A DNA stretch of 64,000 bases from Eledone cirrhosa (lineage: Eukaryota). Location of the stretch: assembly GCA_964016885.1 (NCBI GenBank), contig OZ024741.1:306900001-306964000 (forward strand), given 5' to 3'. Position numbers and translations under genes: made by a program. The notes under the pieces are model-generated. The model ran no database searches, was not told the origin of the DNA, and was given only the letters and a program-made list of their open reading frames with translations. This document shows positions 14,452 to 27,704 of this stretch, in pieces (the first letter of the stretch is position 1; each line of letters starts with the position of its first letter).

Positions 14452-14490
14452 AATATGGTTTTATAAATATAGTTTCCATTTATTTAATAT

Positions 14491-14541
<51 letters not shown>

Positions 14542-14608
14542 ATATACAATATATATATATACGCATATATATACACACACAACACATATATATATATATT
14601 TTAATTTT

Positions 14609-17104
14609 GTGATGCAAGTACACTGACCATTTGCAATACTAAGTTCCAGAAACCTACCAACCACCTAATAACCTACAAATCTGGTGAGCACATAAGCCAG
14701 ATTGACTTCCTGCTAGTTAGACAGCGAGACAGACAGATGGTGTCTAATACTACAGCATAGCCAAGGGAAGAATGTACCCCACAGCATAGGTTAGTCGTTA
14801 GTGACATCTCAGTAAGCAAGAGAAAGAATGAGACATAGAGGAAGGTGTGATAAAGAAAGGTCTGGAAGCTAAAAGACCTTTCGTTAAAATATAAATTTAG
14901 CAAAGCCCTTCAAGATGAGTATGACGAAAAAGAAGACGATTTAGAGTTGTATGACATAGATGATAACTGGAATTTCTTGCGTGACAACTTACTGCAGGCT
15001 ACTGAAGAAACTTGTGGTTGGGGCAGAGCTTCAATCAGACTGAGAGTGACCTGGTGGTGGAACAGCACAGCAGATAAGGACAGTGGAGACAAAAGACTAG
15101 CATGGAAGGCTTGGAAAAAGGGTGGGAGTAGAGAAAGATATACAGCCACTAAGAGAGAAGCTAGACGTGAGGTGTACTTAACAGGGAGGCTGAAAGAAGG
15201 AGGTTTGCCAATGTTCTGCGATGGGAAGATCAGAGATGTGTGGTGTCCCGCATTGCAAGGCAGTGTGTCAATGCAAATCAGGATGTTGCTGGAGATAAAT
15301 GTGTCCAGAATAATGCCGGTGTACTTAGTGTCACGAATGAACAAAAAAAGGAGGCCTGGAAATGTCATTATGAGGGATTGATGAATGTGGAGAATGAATG
15401 GGAGAGAGAGGAATTACCCCCAGTAGATCCGACAGAGGGACCAGCTATTGAGATTGACGAATATAGGGTCCAAGAAATGAAAAATGGTAAGGCTGCTGGA
15501 CCATCGGGAATAGTTGCTGAGATGCTGAAGGCATCAGGGGACGTAGGCACTAAACTGGTTGCATGCATCATCAATCAGGCTATATATGGTGGTGTCATAC
15601 CCAAAGACTGGTGCAGCAGTATTCTCATAAATTGCTACAAAGGTTAAGGGGATGCTCTGGAGAGGAGCAATTATAGGGGCATAAAGCTGATGGATCAGGT
15701 TATGAAAGTGGCAGAGAGAATATTAGCGCAACTAATTAGAGAAAGAGTCAAATTAGATGAGATGTAGTTTCGTTTTGTGCCTGAGAAAAGTACAACAGAT
15801 ACCCTCTTCTTGGTGAGACTATTGCAAGAGAGGTTCTTAGAGAAAAATAAGCCACTATACTTAGCGTTTGTTGAACTAGAGAAGGCCTTTGATAAGGTAC
15901 CCCGATCTGTCATCTGGTGGTCCCTAAGGAAACTAGGTGTAGAGGAATGGCTTGTAAGGACAGTGCAATCTATGTACAGGGGTGCTGTCAGTAAAGTGAG
16001 AGTAGGAATGGAGTTTAGTGAGGAATTCCAGATACAAGTAGGTGTACATGAGCGTTCGATCCTCAGCCCGCTCTTGTTCATTATAGTCCTCCAAGCCATA
16101 ATAGAGGAGTTTAAGACCGGATGCCCATGGGAACTTTTCTATGCTGATGATCTGGTTCTTATAGCAGAATCAGTAGAGGAGCTAGAGAATAAATTCTGGC
16201 TATGGAAACAGCAGTTGGAATTAAGAGGACGGTGAGTGAACCTAGCTAAGACAAAAGTGTTGATGAGCAAAAAAGAAGACAATACTCTGATTCCATCAGG
16301 GAAATGGCCATGTTCGATATGTAAGAAAGGAACTGGCATAAATTCCATAAAATGTATGCAGTGCAGATCTTGGGTACACAAGAGATGTAGTGGGATAGCA
16401 GGCAAACTAACAGGTAGGGAGAAATACGTATGTAGTAGATGTACAGGGAAAGTTGGCAGTAGTAATCATAGTGATAGACACATTTTTCCAATGCAGGTGG
16501 GTTCTATAGAAGGTGGTTGATAGCTTCCGGTACCTAGGTGATCAGATTAGCATGGGGGGGGGGTGTTCCGAGGCCATAGTATCTAGAATAAGGAGGGGTT
16601 GGAAAAAGTTTCAGGAGCTGCTTCCTCTGTTGACAAAGAAGGGTTTCTCCCTGTGTACGAAAATATAGTTATATTATGCCTGTATGAGATGCTGCATGGG
16701 TGGTAACGGCAGAGGATATGCGACAGCTGGAGAGAAATAAAGCAAGCATGCTCCGTTGGATGTGCAATGTCAATGTGTGTGAATGACCAAGCATAGACGA
16801 GTTGAGAAAGAAACTGGGTATGAGAGGGATAAGTTGTGTGCAGGAGAGAAGACTGAGATGGTATGGACATGTGATGCGAATAGAGGATAACCGTTGGGTA
16901 AAGAAGTGCCAAGAAATCCCAGTAGAAGTAAGACGCAGTAGAGGTAAACCACGAAAAACATGGGCAGAGGTGGTGAGAGCAGACTTCAGATTGCTGAAAC
17001 TCACCGAGGAGATTACGAGGGACAGAGCTAAATAGGATCCATCCAACACTTGCAAGCAGGGAAAAGCGGTGGTAATATGTTGGTGAAGATGATGATGATG
17101 ATGA

Positions 17105-17108
<4 letters not shown>
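14609..17108 (+). mobile_element. RTE LINE subfamily A, 5'-truncated, degenerate
   Basis: End of APE, RT (LEKAFDKVPR, YADDL), PHD-like insert, RRLRWYGHV, GAT tail. Confidence 0.92.
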
Positions 17109-17169
<61 letters not shown>

Positions 17170-17184
17170 ATATATATATATATA

Positions 17185-17757
17185 TAGAATAAGGATTTAG
17201 CTGCATGCATGGCTGTATACAGACATATAGTAGAATTTCATATTTCTAATGAAATATGGTATGTTTACAGGTACACATTTAGACAGCCGTAGCCATGCGA
17301 AACGCCGGGACTAATGCCCTCTGGTGGTGTCCAGCAGAAGCAAGGGGGACAATCGTCGATGCATTTCGAACTTAACTGGTTCTCATCAGGACGATCCCTC
17401 CCAAACTTGCGACTGCTGGACTTGTAAACAGGTGAGAATATATGGTTTGCTCGCCTGTGTAAATGAGGTGATTAATCACATTTTCATATGAAGCTGCTTA
17501 AGTTGGCTCACCTTATAATAGAATAGAATTAGGATTTAGCTTCATGCATAGCTGTATAAAGATATGTATTAGAATTTTGTATGTCTAAAGAAATACGGCA
17601 TGTTTACAGGTAAACATTTAGCAATCCGTAGCTATGTGAAACACCGAGGCTAACGCCCTCTGGTGATGTCCAGCAGAAGCAAGGGGGACAATCGTCGATG
17701 CATTTCAAACTTAACTGGTTCTCATTAGGAGGATCCCTCCAACACTTGCAACTGCTA
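17185..17757 (-). mobile_element. Retrozyme-like element: two ~234-bp direct repeats, each with a hammerhead, period 339 bp
   Basis: 17185-17418 matches 17525-17757; HHR motifs at 17352-17395 and 17691-17734. Confidence 0.8.
17352..17395 (-). ncRNA. Minimal type I hammerhead ribozyme (canonical core)
   Basis: Minus strand: atcgtc CTGATGA gaac-cagttaa-gttc GAAA tgca TC gacgat. Confidence 0.9.
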
Positions 17758-18237
17758 TTCTAATGGTTGCATGTTTATATATATATATATATATATATAT
17801 GTGTATATATATATATATATGAGAGTATTGAAGTTTGCTTGAAGCATTGTGGAACAATAAGTAAATATCTTTAAGTCGTTTGGAAGCCTCGACAATGCAA
17901 ATGGGTAAATCTCCGGGTAACAACATCCGGTGGAGGAGAGAGAGATGTAAGTGGGTGTACGTTGAGATGCGTGGTGTGTATGAGATGTGTAGAAGAATGA
18001 AGGAAAGAGTATAAAGGATAAAATAAAAATAACAACACGAGAGAGAGTTACCTTGGGAGAGATTTAATAGTCCCTATATATTTCGGATTCACATCCATCA
18101 ACTGGTGTTTTTTCCGGGGTAAAGGTTGTCTGTCGGACAGGTGCGAAACGCGTCCACCGCTGTTTGTTGTTTTGAACATCTGAAGTATTCGGCGGAGCGC
18201 GCGTGCGCGTGAAATGGGGTCGGTCGGGCAGAGGTCA

Positions 18238-18299
18238 GCGGCCGAATGAGGGAGTGGGGTGGCGACAGCTAGCGCCACCCCACTCCCTCATTCGGCCGC
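18238..18299. repeat. Perfect 27-bp GC-rich hairpin with 8-nt loop
   Basis: gcggccgaatgagggagtggggtggcg-acagctag-cgccaccccactccctcattcggccgc. Confidence 0.85.
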
Positions 18300-18421
18300 A
18301 TATACATATATATATACATATAAATATATACATATATATACACATATATATATACATATATATACACATATATATATACATAAATACATATATTTATATA
18401 CATATTAATATACATATACAT

Positions 18422-18492
<71 letters not shown>

Positions 18493-18803
18493 TATATATT
18501 CATATTTATATTTATATATATATACATATATATATATTCATATATATATATATATTCATATATATGATTATATTTATATATATACATATATATATATATA
18601 TATAAATATGAACATATATATATATATATACATATTAATATATATATATATATATACATATATACCATTAACTCACGGTTGGGTGTGGATGCATTCATGC
18701 ATATGTGTGTGTCCGCATGTATCTGTGTGTTTCTAAATATATTGTTATATATATATATATATTCATATTTATATATATATATTTTCATATATATGATTTT
18801 ATT

Positions 18804-18845
<42 letters not shown>

Positions 18846-18982
18846 TATATACATATATACATATATACATATATACATATATACATATATATATATACAT
18901 ATATATTTGTAGTAAGGTTGCTTCGATGCGTCCATAGGCGGTATGCCGGTTGAGCTCTGTGCTCCTTCGAGGCAGAGTATGA

Positions 18983-19200
18983 TAATATGGAAAACGAAGT
19001 ATCAGTGATGCATCGGAACACAGTTTATTACATATTACAATTGTTTCCCTGGTGAACAACACGAGGTGCGATCTGTTTGTCGATGAACCTCACTCTGGAT
19101 TTGCAAGTTCTTAAGATAGGTCTAGTGATTTCGAAGCAATATTGTAAAACGGAATAAATTGTGTTCCGATGCATCGCTGATTCTTTGTTTTCCATATTAT
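18983..19200. repeat. Short element with ~48-bp terminal inverted repeats
   Basis: ataatatggaaaac..gatgcatcggaacac versus gtgttccgatgcatc..gttttccatattat. Confidence 0.7.
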
Positions 19201-19244
19201 ATACATATAAATATATATATACATATATATATATACATATATTT

Positions 19245-20525
19245 ACTATTGAAAACCAGAATGTACCATCTCTACCATCTCTAACATCAAATTCCATAAG
19301 AACTATGGAATTTACACCTGCAATGTTGCGACGTCACCTTAAGAATAAGCGCAACTATGCCTTCCTTGGTCTTGATGGTGTTACATATCTGCTTCTCAAA
19401 CGTGGTGGGTACTTCCTTTTGCACCAGCTTTCTTTCTTCTTTCAATACTGTCTCAACAATGGTGAGACTCTGGAGCAGTGGAAAACTGCCAGTGTCATTC
19501 CCCTGTTCAAAAAGGGTGACCGCACGTCACCTGTCAACTATCGTCCAGTCAGTCTTACTAGCTGTATTGCCAAACTGATGGAATCCTGTGTCAGAGAAAC
19601 ACTTTGGAACTTCTGGAGCTCTCACAGCCTCATCCGGCCCTCGCAGTTTGGATGTATCCCTAACTCCAGCTGCTGTGATCAGCTTATCGAGTTCCTTGAA
19701 GACATTACCCGGATCACTGAGAGCGGCTCATGGGTGGATGTTGTTTACCTTGACTTCGCTAAGGCTTTTAATTCTGTGCCACACAAAAGACTTATGGTAA
19801 AACTCTCTGCAATGGGTGTGAGGGATGATCTTTTTAACTGGTTGAAATCCTTCATTCTCTGCCGAAAAGAGGTAGTCACGGTTCTAGGACAGCATTCTTC
19901 ACCATATGAGATGTCATCTGATGTACCACAGGGATCTGTTCTTGGTCCCCTTTTGTTTGTGGCATATATTAATGACATAGATGCCAACTTAAAGAATGCC
20001 ACGGTACTGAAATATGCAGATGACATCAAGCTGTACCTTGAAATCAAAAGGACTGATCCTGAAATCTACAACTCTTTCCTACAACCAGACTTGGACACAA
20101 TGCAGCAATGGATCACAGATTGGCAACTGAAGCTGGCTGTGGACAAGTGTACCACCATGCATTTTGGGAGGAAAAATCCAGCGTCCACATACTCCCTCCA
20201 CAACACTGATATCAAGAAGTCCTCTTGTGAACGTGACCTGTGCATTACTGTCAGCAGCGATTTGCGTTGGACAAAGCATGTCTCTAAGATTGTCAAGAAG
20301 GCCGAGGGTGTCTTGGCATTACTCAGCAAAACCTTTGATAGCCGCTCTCCAGCTATCTATTTAAAACTGTATACAGCTATGGTGCGACCACACTTGGAAT
20401 TCGCATCATCAGTCTGGAACCCCTATCTTGCTCAGAACATTGACCTCCTGGAAACTGTTCAGAGATGTGCAACCAAGCGCATACCCTCCAACAGACACCT
20501 ACCATACTATGAACGCCTTGCATGG
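19245..20525 (+). mobile_element. CR1/Jockey-group LINE reverse transcriptase fragment (open frame)
   Basis: NYRPVSLTS, DVVYLDFAKAFNSVPH, VPQGSVLGPLLF, YADD, MVRPHLEFASSVWNP. Confidence 0.9.
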
Positions 20526-20649
20526 ATTCATTCACTCAAGCCTCAATTGTATAGCCATGTCAGTAGAATGAACACTTCATTCTTGCTCTTGTGTTGGCAT
20601 GTGAACAGAATGATACATATATATACATATATATATGTTCTGCTTATCT

Positions 20650-20730
<81 letters not shown>

Positions 20731-20790
20731 TATACATATATACATATCTATATATCTATATATATATAAATGGAATAGAATGAAACGAAA

Positions 20791-21450
20791 TTTCATTTCT
20801 CACTCTTACTTAAATGTAAGTATGTATGTATACGTACATACATATATGTATACAGACGTACAGTAGTATGTATATATATACATACATGCACACATATATA
20901 CATGCACGTATCGGTTTACCGAACATTTATTATAATGCTCATTTTGTTTGTTTGTAAACAAACAAACAGCCCGAATTACGCCGTACAGTGTTTAGGCAAC
21001 CACGTCACCTTTTTGTTCAACACTGACACAGGAACGATGTACTAGTTTAAAGCTTATTAGCTATCGTCAGCATCGTATACCTTCCTGCCAGAATGTTGAA
21101 CCGTCTGAAAGTATATACTTTCCTTATGCATATTAACGGCTGAGCAGCCTAATTTGCATATCGAGTGAGTTCAGTTGGCTGCACGGCACTTGCTTAAATG
21201 TAAGTATGTATGTATACGTACATACATATATGTATACAGACGTACAGTAGTATGTATATATATACATACATGCACACATATATACATGCACGTATTGGTT
21301 TACCGAACATTTATTATAATGCTCGGTTTGTTTGTTTGTAAACAAACAGCCCGAATTATGCCGTACAGTATTTAGGTAACCACATATATGTATGTACGTA
21401 TACATACATACTTACATTTAAGTAAGTGCCGTACTAAGAGTGAGAAATGA
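20791..21450. repeat. Element with ~190-bp direct repeats and an inverted terminal segment
   Basis: 20808-21002 matches 21193-21382; 21383-21450 is inverted relative to 20791-20850. Confidence 0.65.
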
Positions 21451-21834
21451 AAGCGACTACGGAAAATAACTCATCCAAGTATTAGAACAGGGGGAAATAA
21501 CTCACCGGAAGTGATAGTAAATAGACTGATTGGGGGTGCTAGGAACCACATTTTTCAAGTTAGAGATTTTAAACCTCGTCTATTTGCTTCCTTGGCACTT
21601 TTTACATAGGTGTGTAAATTTTCATGTCTGTCCGACCACGTCTACTACCATTTAACCGTGCACAATTGAATTTCAACCACCACCCATTTCACAAATATGT
21701 ATTAGATTATATATATATATACACATATATATATAGGAAGTCGATCGACTTTCGTCAAATCGGACCGAGGGAACAATGTTTCCGTTGGTCTTTCCAATTG
21801 CTAATACTATCTATCGGTCGCAACTCCAGGTAGA

Positions 21835-21956
21835 AGGAGCAACGTGAAATAAAGTGTCTTGCTCAAGGACATAACGCATCGCCTGGTCCAGGAATCGAAC
21901 TCACAACCTTACGATTGCGAATCCAATTCTCTAACCACTCAGCCACACGCCTTCAC
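21835..21956 (-). mobile_element. tRNA-derived SINE head
   Basis: Minus strand: gcgtgtggctgagtggttagag..gagttcgattcc..ccttgagcaagacac. Confidence 0.8.
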
Positions 21957-22094
21957 TAAATATATATATATATATATTCACAATATATATATATATACAC
22001 ACAATATACAATATATATATATATATACACAATATACAATATACAATATATATATATATACACAATATATATATATATACACAATATACAATAT

Positions 22095-22224
<130 letters not shown>

Positions 22225-22284
22225 ATATACAATATATATATATATATACACACAATATGCAATATATATATATACATATATATA

Positions 22285-22857
22285 TAGAATAATGATTCAG
22301 CTTCAAGCATGGCTGTATACAGGCATGTATTAGAATTTCTTATTTCTAAATAAATGCGGTATGTTTACAGGTAAACATTTAGACAGCCGTAGCCATGCGA
22401 AACACCGGGACTAATGCCCTCTGGTGGTGTCCAGCAGAAGCAAGGGGGACAATCGTCAATGCATTTCGAACTTAACTGGTTCTCATCAGGACGATCCCTC
22501 CCAAACTTGCGACTGCTGGACTTGTAAACAGGTGAGAATATATGGTTTGCTCGCCTGTGTAAATGAGGTGATTAATCACATTTTCATATGAAGCTGCTTA
22601 AGTTGGCTCACCTTATAATAGAATAGAATTAGGATTTAGCTTCATGCATAGCTGTATAAAGATATGTATTAGAATTTTGTATTTCTAAAGAAATACGGTA
22701 TCTTTACAGGTAAACATTTAGCAATCCGTAGCTATGCGAAACACCGAGGCTAACGCCCTCTGGTGATGTCCAGCAGAAGCAAGGGGGACAATCGTCGATG
22801 CATTTCAAACTTAACTGGTTCTCATCAGGAGGATCCCTCCCACACTTGCGACTGCTA
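22285..22857 (-). mobile_element. Second copy of the retrozyme-like hammerhead dimer
   Basis: Near-identical to 17185-17757, offset 5100 bp; HHRs at 22452-22495 and 22791-22834, both with intact CTGATGA/GAAA. Confidence 0.8.
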
Positions 22858-23739
22858 TTCTATTATATTATAAGTTCTAATGGTTGCGTCTCTATATATG
22901 CACTATATATATATATATATGGGAAAAGAGTTCGGACACCTCCTAGTTTGCTCTCCACTGATATGATCGTTGTTTCTTCTGTTAGAGAGAAATTTTTTGT
23001 TGTTTGAAGAAGCGATGTTTTGTGTAAAGTTGGGTGTAGTGCTGTAGGAAAGTTTGACAGTGTTTCTGTTGATGATATTGTGGTAGTGGTGTTGTGGTGG
23101 GAAGTGTTTGTAGAGGAGTCTAAATAGATCTTACCAATTGGTGTTGCACCTCGGCATTGTGGGAAGGGTTGAATCATGTTACGTGGCCTGAACAGCGGTG
23201 TCGCTTGCTAGATCCGAACATATAGCCAGTGTTTTCTCTTTGTGGGTGGGTGCATCACTACGGACGGTAATTTTGATAAATTACTACCTTGAGATGTTGT
23301 TTTAGTGTATTAGACGAACTAATAGCCAAATTCTTGATAATTTGGAATTTTCTATTAAATTATATTTACTTTGTTTCCTAGCCAACACTTGACCTATTAA
23401 TTCTATGATATTCCTTGTTTATCGTAAGTTCTTCACCCCCTTTAGAGATAGCTGTATAGAATTCTCTCTTAATGCATGACTGATCTGCATCCACAGGCCA
23501 GATTGTCATCTTACTCCTTCCTCTTGTTCTAAAGGCAAGTTAAGCCACCCCCACCTGCCGCTATGAAGAAATTTAACTGTGCTTACAAAATCTTTGACCA
23601 CTTCCCATGACAGAAATGAAAAACGGCAACTTTTAGAATTGTTTGATATGATAATAATACTACTACCATCTCATTGCATGCCCATAAATGGAATTACCCC
23701 TTGATAAGTTCAGCTAGACTACTACCGTCCTGACACTAC

Positions 23740-24047
23740 TGCGTTAGTTGGTACCACAACATCCAGTCGAGATCAAGATCGTGTAGGTGTCACAAGAAAT
23801 AAAAATTTAAAAAAACACAGTCCACACTGTATTGTAGCCATGTAGGTAACACGGTAAAAAGTTCCCAGTTCCACACTGTAAATGTGGTTGGTGTTAGGAA
23901 GGGCATCCAGCCGTAGAAAACCTGCCAGATAGTCCTATACGAGCAAGACCTGGTCACCCGACCTATCTTGTCTCAAGTGGGACAACTCCCGTCTAACCCA
24001 CGGAAGATGGACGTTAAACGAAGATGATGATGATGATGATGATGATA
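23740..24047 (+). mobile_element. RTE 3' UTR and tail fragment
   Basis: Matches 815-1099; GAT tail. Confidence 0.8.
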
Positions 24048-24102
24048 TACAATATATATATATATATACACAATATATATGTATATACAATATACATATA
24101 TA

Positions 24103-24203
24103 GACAGTCAAGTTTGCAATTTTCAACTGTTGAAAATTGCAAACTTGACTGTCACCACAGAATATGAACCTGAAGATTGCGAAAGCATGAAAGAACTTGT
24201 TCA
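24103..24203 (+). ncRNA. 25-bp perfect fold-back followed by a minimal hammerhead (24165-24203)
   Basis: Hairpin 24103-24153; tgaac CTGAAGA ttgc-gaaa-gcat GAAA gaac TT gttca. Confidence 0.65.
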
Positions 24204-24345
24204 ATTAACACTTAACATTTAATATTCTACCATACTATTTCATTCTAATACCATTATAAATTGTAAAGGATTGTAAATAAAACGAGTAAATCAGACAAAG
24301 TTGGAATTCCTTTTATTAATATAATCTTCTATACACACCCATGTA

Positions 24346-24386
<41 letters not shown>

Positions 24387-24589
24387 AGCTCATAGATAGG
24401 ACAACACACGGTTTTTCGTGGGGGTAAGTTTTTATTAATTTTCGTATTCTGAAAGACCAAAATACAACAATAATGTTTACTCATTGGAAGCCGGGAAACG
24501 TTCTGAGAAAAGCTGTAAAAGCTACAGAAATATTCCATATATTCTTCCAGAGCAATCTCTATTTAAAAAATTTACATTTTACGATTACA

Positions 24590-25073
24590 TGTCCGCCATG
24601 GCAAAAGGCTATAAATTCAAATTTTGAAAAGAGAGGAAAAGAGACAAGTGAATATGAACTTGTACATCTCACTGCCCCTCGCCATCACAATAACAATAAC
24701 GTCTACGCTCGCTCCCCACCATCACCACATAAGTCATTACCCTATCTAAGCTGGCTGACCTGTTGACTGCTGACAAACTGCTAACTCCTTTGATGTATGT
24801 ATGTGTATATATATGTGTGTGTGTGTATATATGTATGTATATATATATATATCTCAGTGGATGCGACCAGATTTCAACACAGCAACAACTACAACTACAA
24901 TAACAACAGCAAATACAACAACAGCGACAGCAACAACAGCAACAACAACAACACCATTGTCTGTGAAGAATGTGTGTGTATGTATGTATTTATATATATG
25001 CGACTACAATAACAGCAACAGCACCATTGTCTGCAGCAACATCATCAGTGAAATGAAGAACCACAACAACAGC

Positions 25074-25104
<31 letters not shown>

Positions 25105-25772
25105 GCAACTACAACTACAACAGCGACAGCAACAACAACAGCAACAACACAATTGTCTGTATATGTTTGTATCTATATATATGCGACTACAATAACAGCA
25201 ACAGCACCACCACCATTGTCTGCAGCAGTAGCATCAGTGAAATGAAGAACAACAACAACGGCAGCAGCAACAACAATAACAACAGCAACAACAATAACAA
25301 CGACAGCAACAACAACTGCCACCACCATCACTGACACTATCCACCAACACTACCATCACTATACTGACACCATCCACCACCACCACATCCACCATCACTG
25401 GAACCATCCACCACCACCGCCATCACCACCATCACTAACACCATCCAGCACCACAACCACCACCACCACCATCACTGGCACCATCCACCACCACCGCCAT
25501 CATCACCATCACTGACACCATCCACTACCGCCACCATCACTGGCACCATCCACAATCGCCACCATCAGTCACCACCACTACCATCACCATCACTGACACC
25601 ATCCACCACCTCCACCACTACCACCACCATCACTGACACCATCCACCACCACCATCAATGACACCATCCACCACCACCAGCGTAAAGCAAACAATTATTA
25701 TATAAAAATTGAACAGGACTGGGAAAAGTCAACAGTTGACATGATTTTGATTTTGTATCAGTAGTGACGGTA
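24590..25772. repeat. Composite (CAA/CAG)n and (CAC)n low-complexity unit preceding RTE-A; second copy 54180-55082
   Basis: Unique flanks and accattgtctg subrepeats are shared with 54180-55082. Confidence 0.8.
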
Positions 25773-25907
25773 ATATATATATATATATGTATGTATGTGA
25801 GTGGTGTGTGTGTTTTTATGCATGAGTGTTGGTGTGTGAGTGGCGTGTGTGTTTGTAGTTTGTATGCATGTGTGTTAGAGTGTGTGTGTGTGTGTGTGTG
25901 CGTGCGT

Positions 25908-27509
25908 GTCGTGTCAATAAGTGGGTTTTTATGGCCATGCTGTAAAATGGAGGGGTAGAAAGGGCCCTTGAGTCTAGTAAGACATCCTCTCTAGTGCTGG
26001 TGGCACAAATAAAAGCACCCAGTCCATGCTGGAACGTGGCGCTGGTGTTAGGAAGGGCATCCAACCAGTGTATCAATGCCAAAACGCTTATCAGCACAGC
26101 AACAAATAGATAGGAACAACAACAAAATATGAAGACGTCGCATCTCAGAGTTGCAACACTTAATGTTGGCACTCTCAGAGGTAGATCTGCTGAAATAGCG
26201 GAGATGCTGGAGAGAAGGCATGTGGATGTGTGCTGCGTGCAAGAGGTGAGATGGAGAAGTGCCTCTGCGAGACTAGTCGTAGGCATACATCTTAGCTATA
26301 AGCTTTTCTGGGTAGGTAAGGATGATGGGATTAGGGGGAGTAGGCATATTCCTGGCTGAGAGATGGATCAATAAGACAATAGAGGTAGTTCGAGGTAGTA
26401 ATCGAATAATTAAGCTTAGATTAGTTGTAAGCAGGAGACTACTGACAATCATCTCTGCTTATGCTCCCCAAGCAGGCCTAGGCAAAGATGAGAAAGACTG
26501 CTTTTACGAGCAACTTTTACAAACAACCGCAATGACAGAGGACAGAGACATCGTTATGCTAGCAGGGGACTTCAATGGTCATGTTGGACAGCTCCAGGAT
26601 GGTTACACTGGGGTACATGGTGGGCGCGGTTACGGCTCAAGAAATGAAGGAGTGAGACTTCTTGAATTTTGTGATGCAAGTACACTGACTATTTGCCACA
26701 CAAACTTCCAGAAAACTGCCAACCACCTAATAACCTACAAATCTGGCAAGCACATAAGCCAGATTGTCCTCTTACTAGTTAGGCAGCGGGACAGGCAGAT
26801 AGTGTCTAATACCAAGGCATACCCTGGGGAAGAATATACCCTACAGCATAGGTTAGTCGTTAGTGATATCTCAGTAAGCAAGAGATGGAATGAGACATAC
26901 AGGAAGGTGGGGAGAAGAAAGGTCTCGAAGCTAAATGACCTTTCACTAAAATACAAATTTAGGAAAGCCCTTCAAGATGTGTATGACGTAAAAGAAGACG
27001 ATTTAGAGACGTATGACATAGATAATAACTGGAATTTCTTACGTGACAACTTACTGCAGGCTACTGATGAAACTTGTGGCTGGAGCAGAGCTCCAACCAG
27101 ATAGAGAGTGACTTGGTGGTGGAACAGCACAGTAGATAAGGCTATTAGAGACAAAAGACTAGCATGGAAGGATTGGAAAAAGGGTGGGAGTAGGGAAGAA
27201 TATAAGAGAGAAGCTAGACGTCAGGTGTACTTAGCACGCAGGGAGCTGAGAGTAGGAGGTTTGCCAATGTCCTGCGACAGGAAGATCAGAGGTGTTCCAC
27301 ATTGCAAGTCAGTGTGTCAATGAAAATCAGGATGTTGTTGGAGATAAATGTGTCCGGAACGATGCCGGTGTACTTAGTGTCATAAATGATCAGAAAAAGG
27401 AGGCCTGGAGTCTGATGAATGTGGAGAACGAATGGGAGAGAGAGAAATTACTCTCAATAGATCCGACAGAGGGACCAGCTATTGAGATTGATGAATATAG
27501 AGTCCAAGA
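25908..27509 (+). mobile_element. RTE LINE subfamily A, 5' half (APE)
   Basis: RVATLNVGTL, CCVQEVRW, SAYAPQ, GDFNGHVG. Confidence 0.9.
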
Positions 27510-27704
27510 GTACCCGACCTCCCATGGGTACAAGCTGAAGCATATAGACAATATGCCCCCACACCCTCCCACTGCAAGGTGGTCGTGGAGGTGCCACGGC
27601 AAAAAAGCACCCAGCCCACACTGTAAAGTGGACATGTAGGCGCCACGAAAAAGCACCCAGCACTCACTATCAATGAGGTTGGTGTTAGGAAGGGCTTCCA
27701 GCTT

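Noticed and set aside
19161-20783. 540-aa intact gene
   Set aside because: Both ends are TA read-through; only ~19245-20525 is a LINE RT fragment, with no endonuclease
24801-25334. Asn/Thr-rich ORF
   Set aside because: CAA/CAG low-complexity repeat; the second copy at 54.4 kb does not keep the frame
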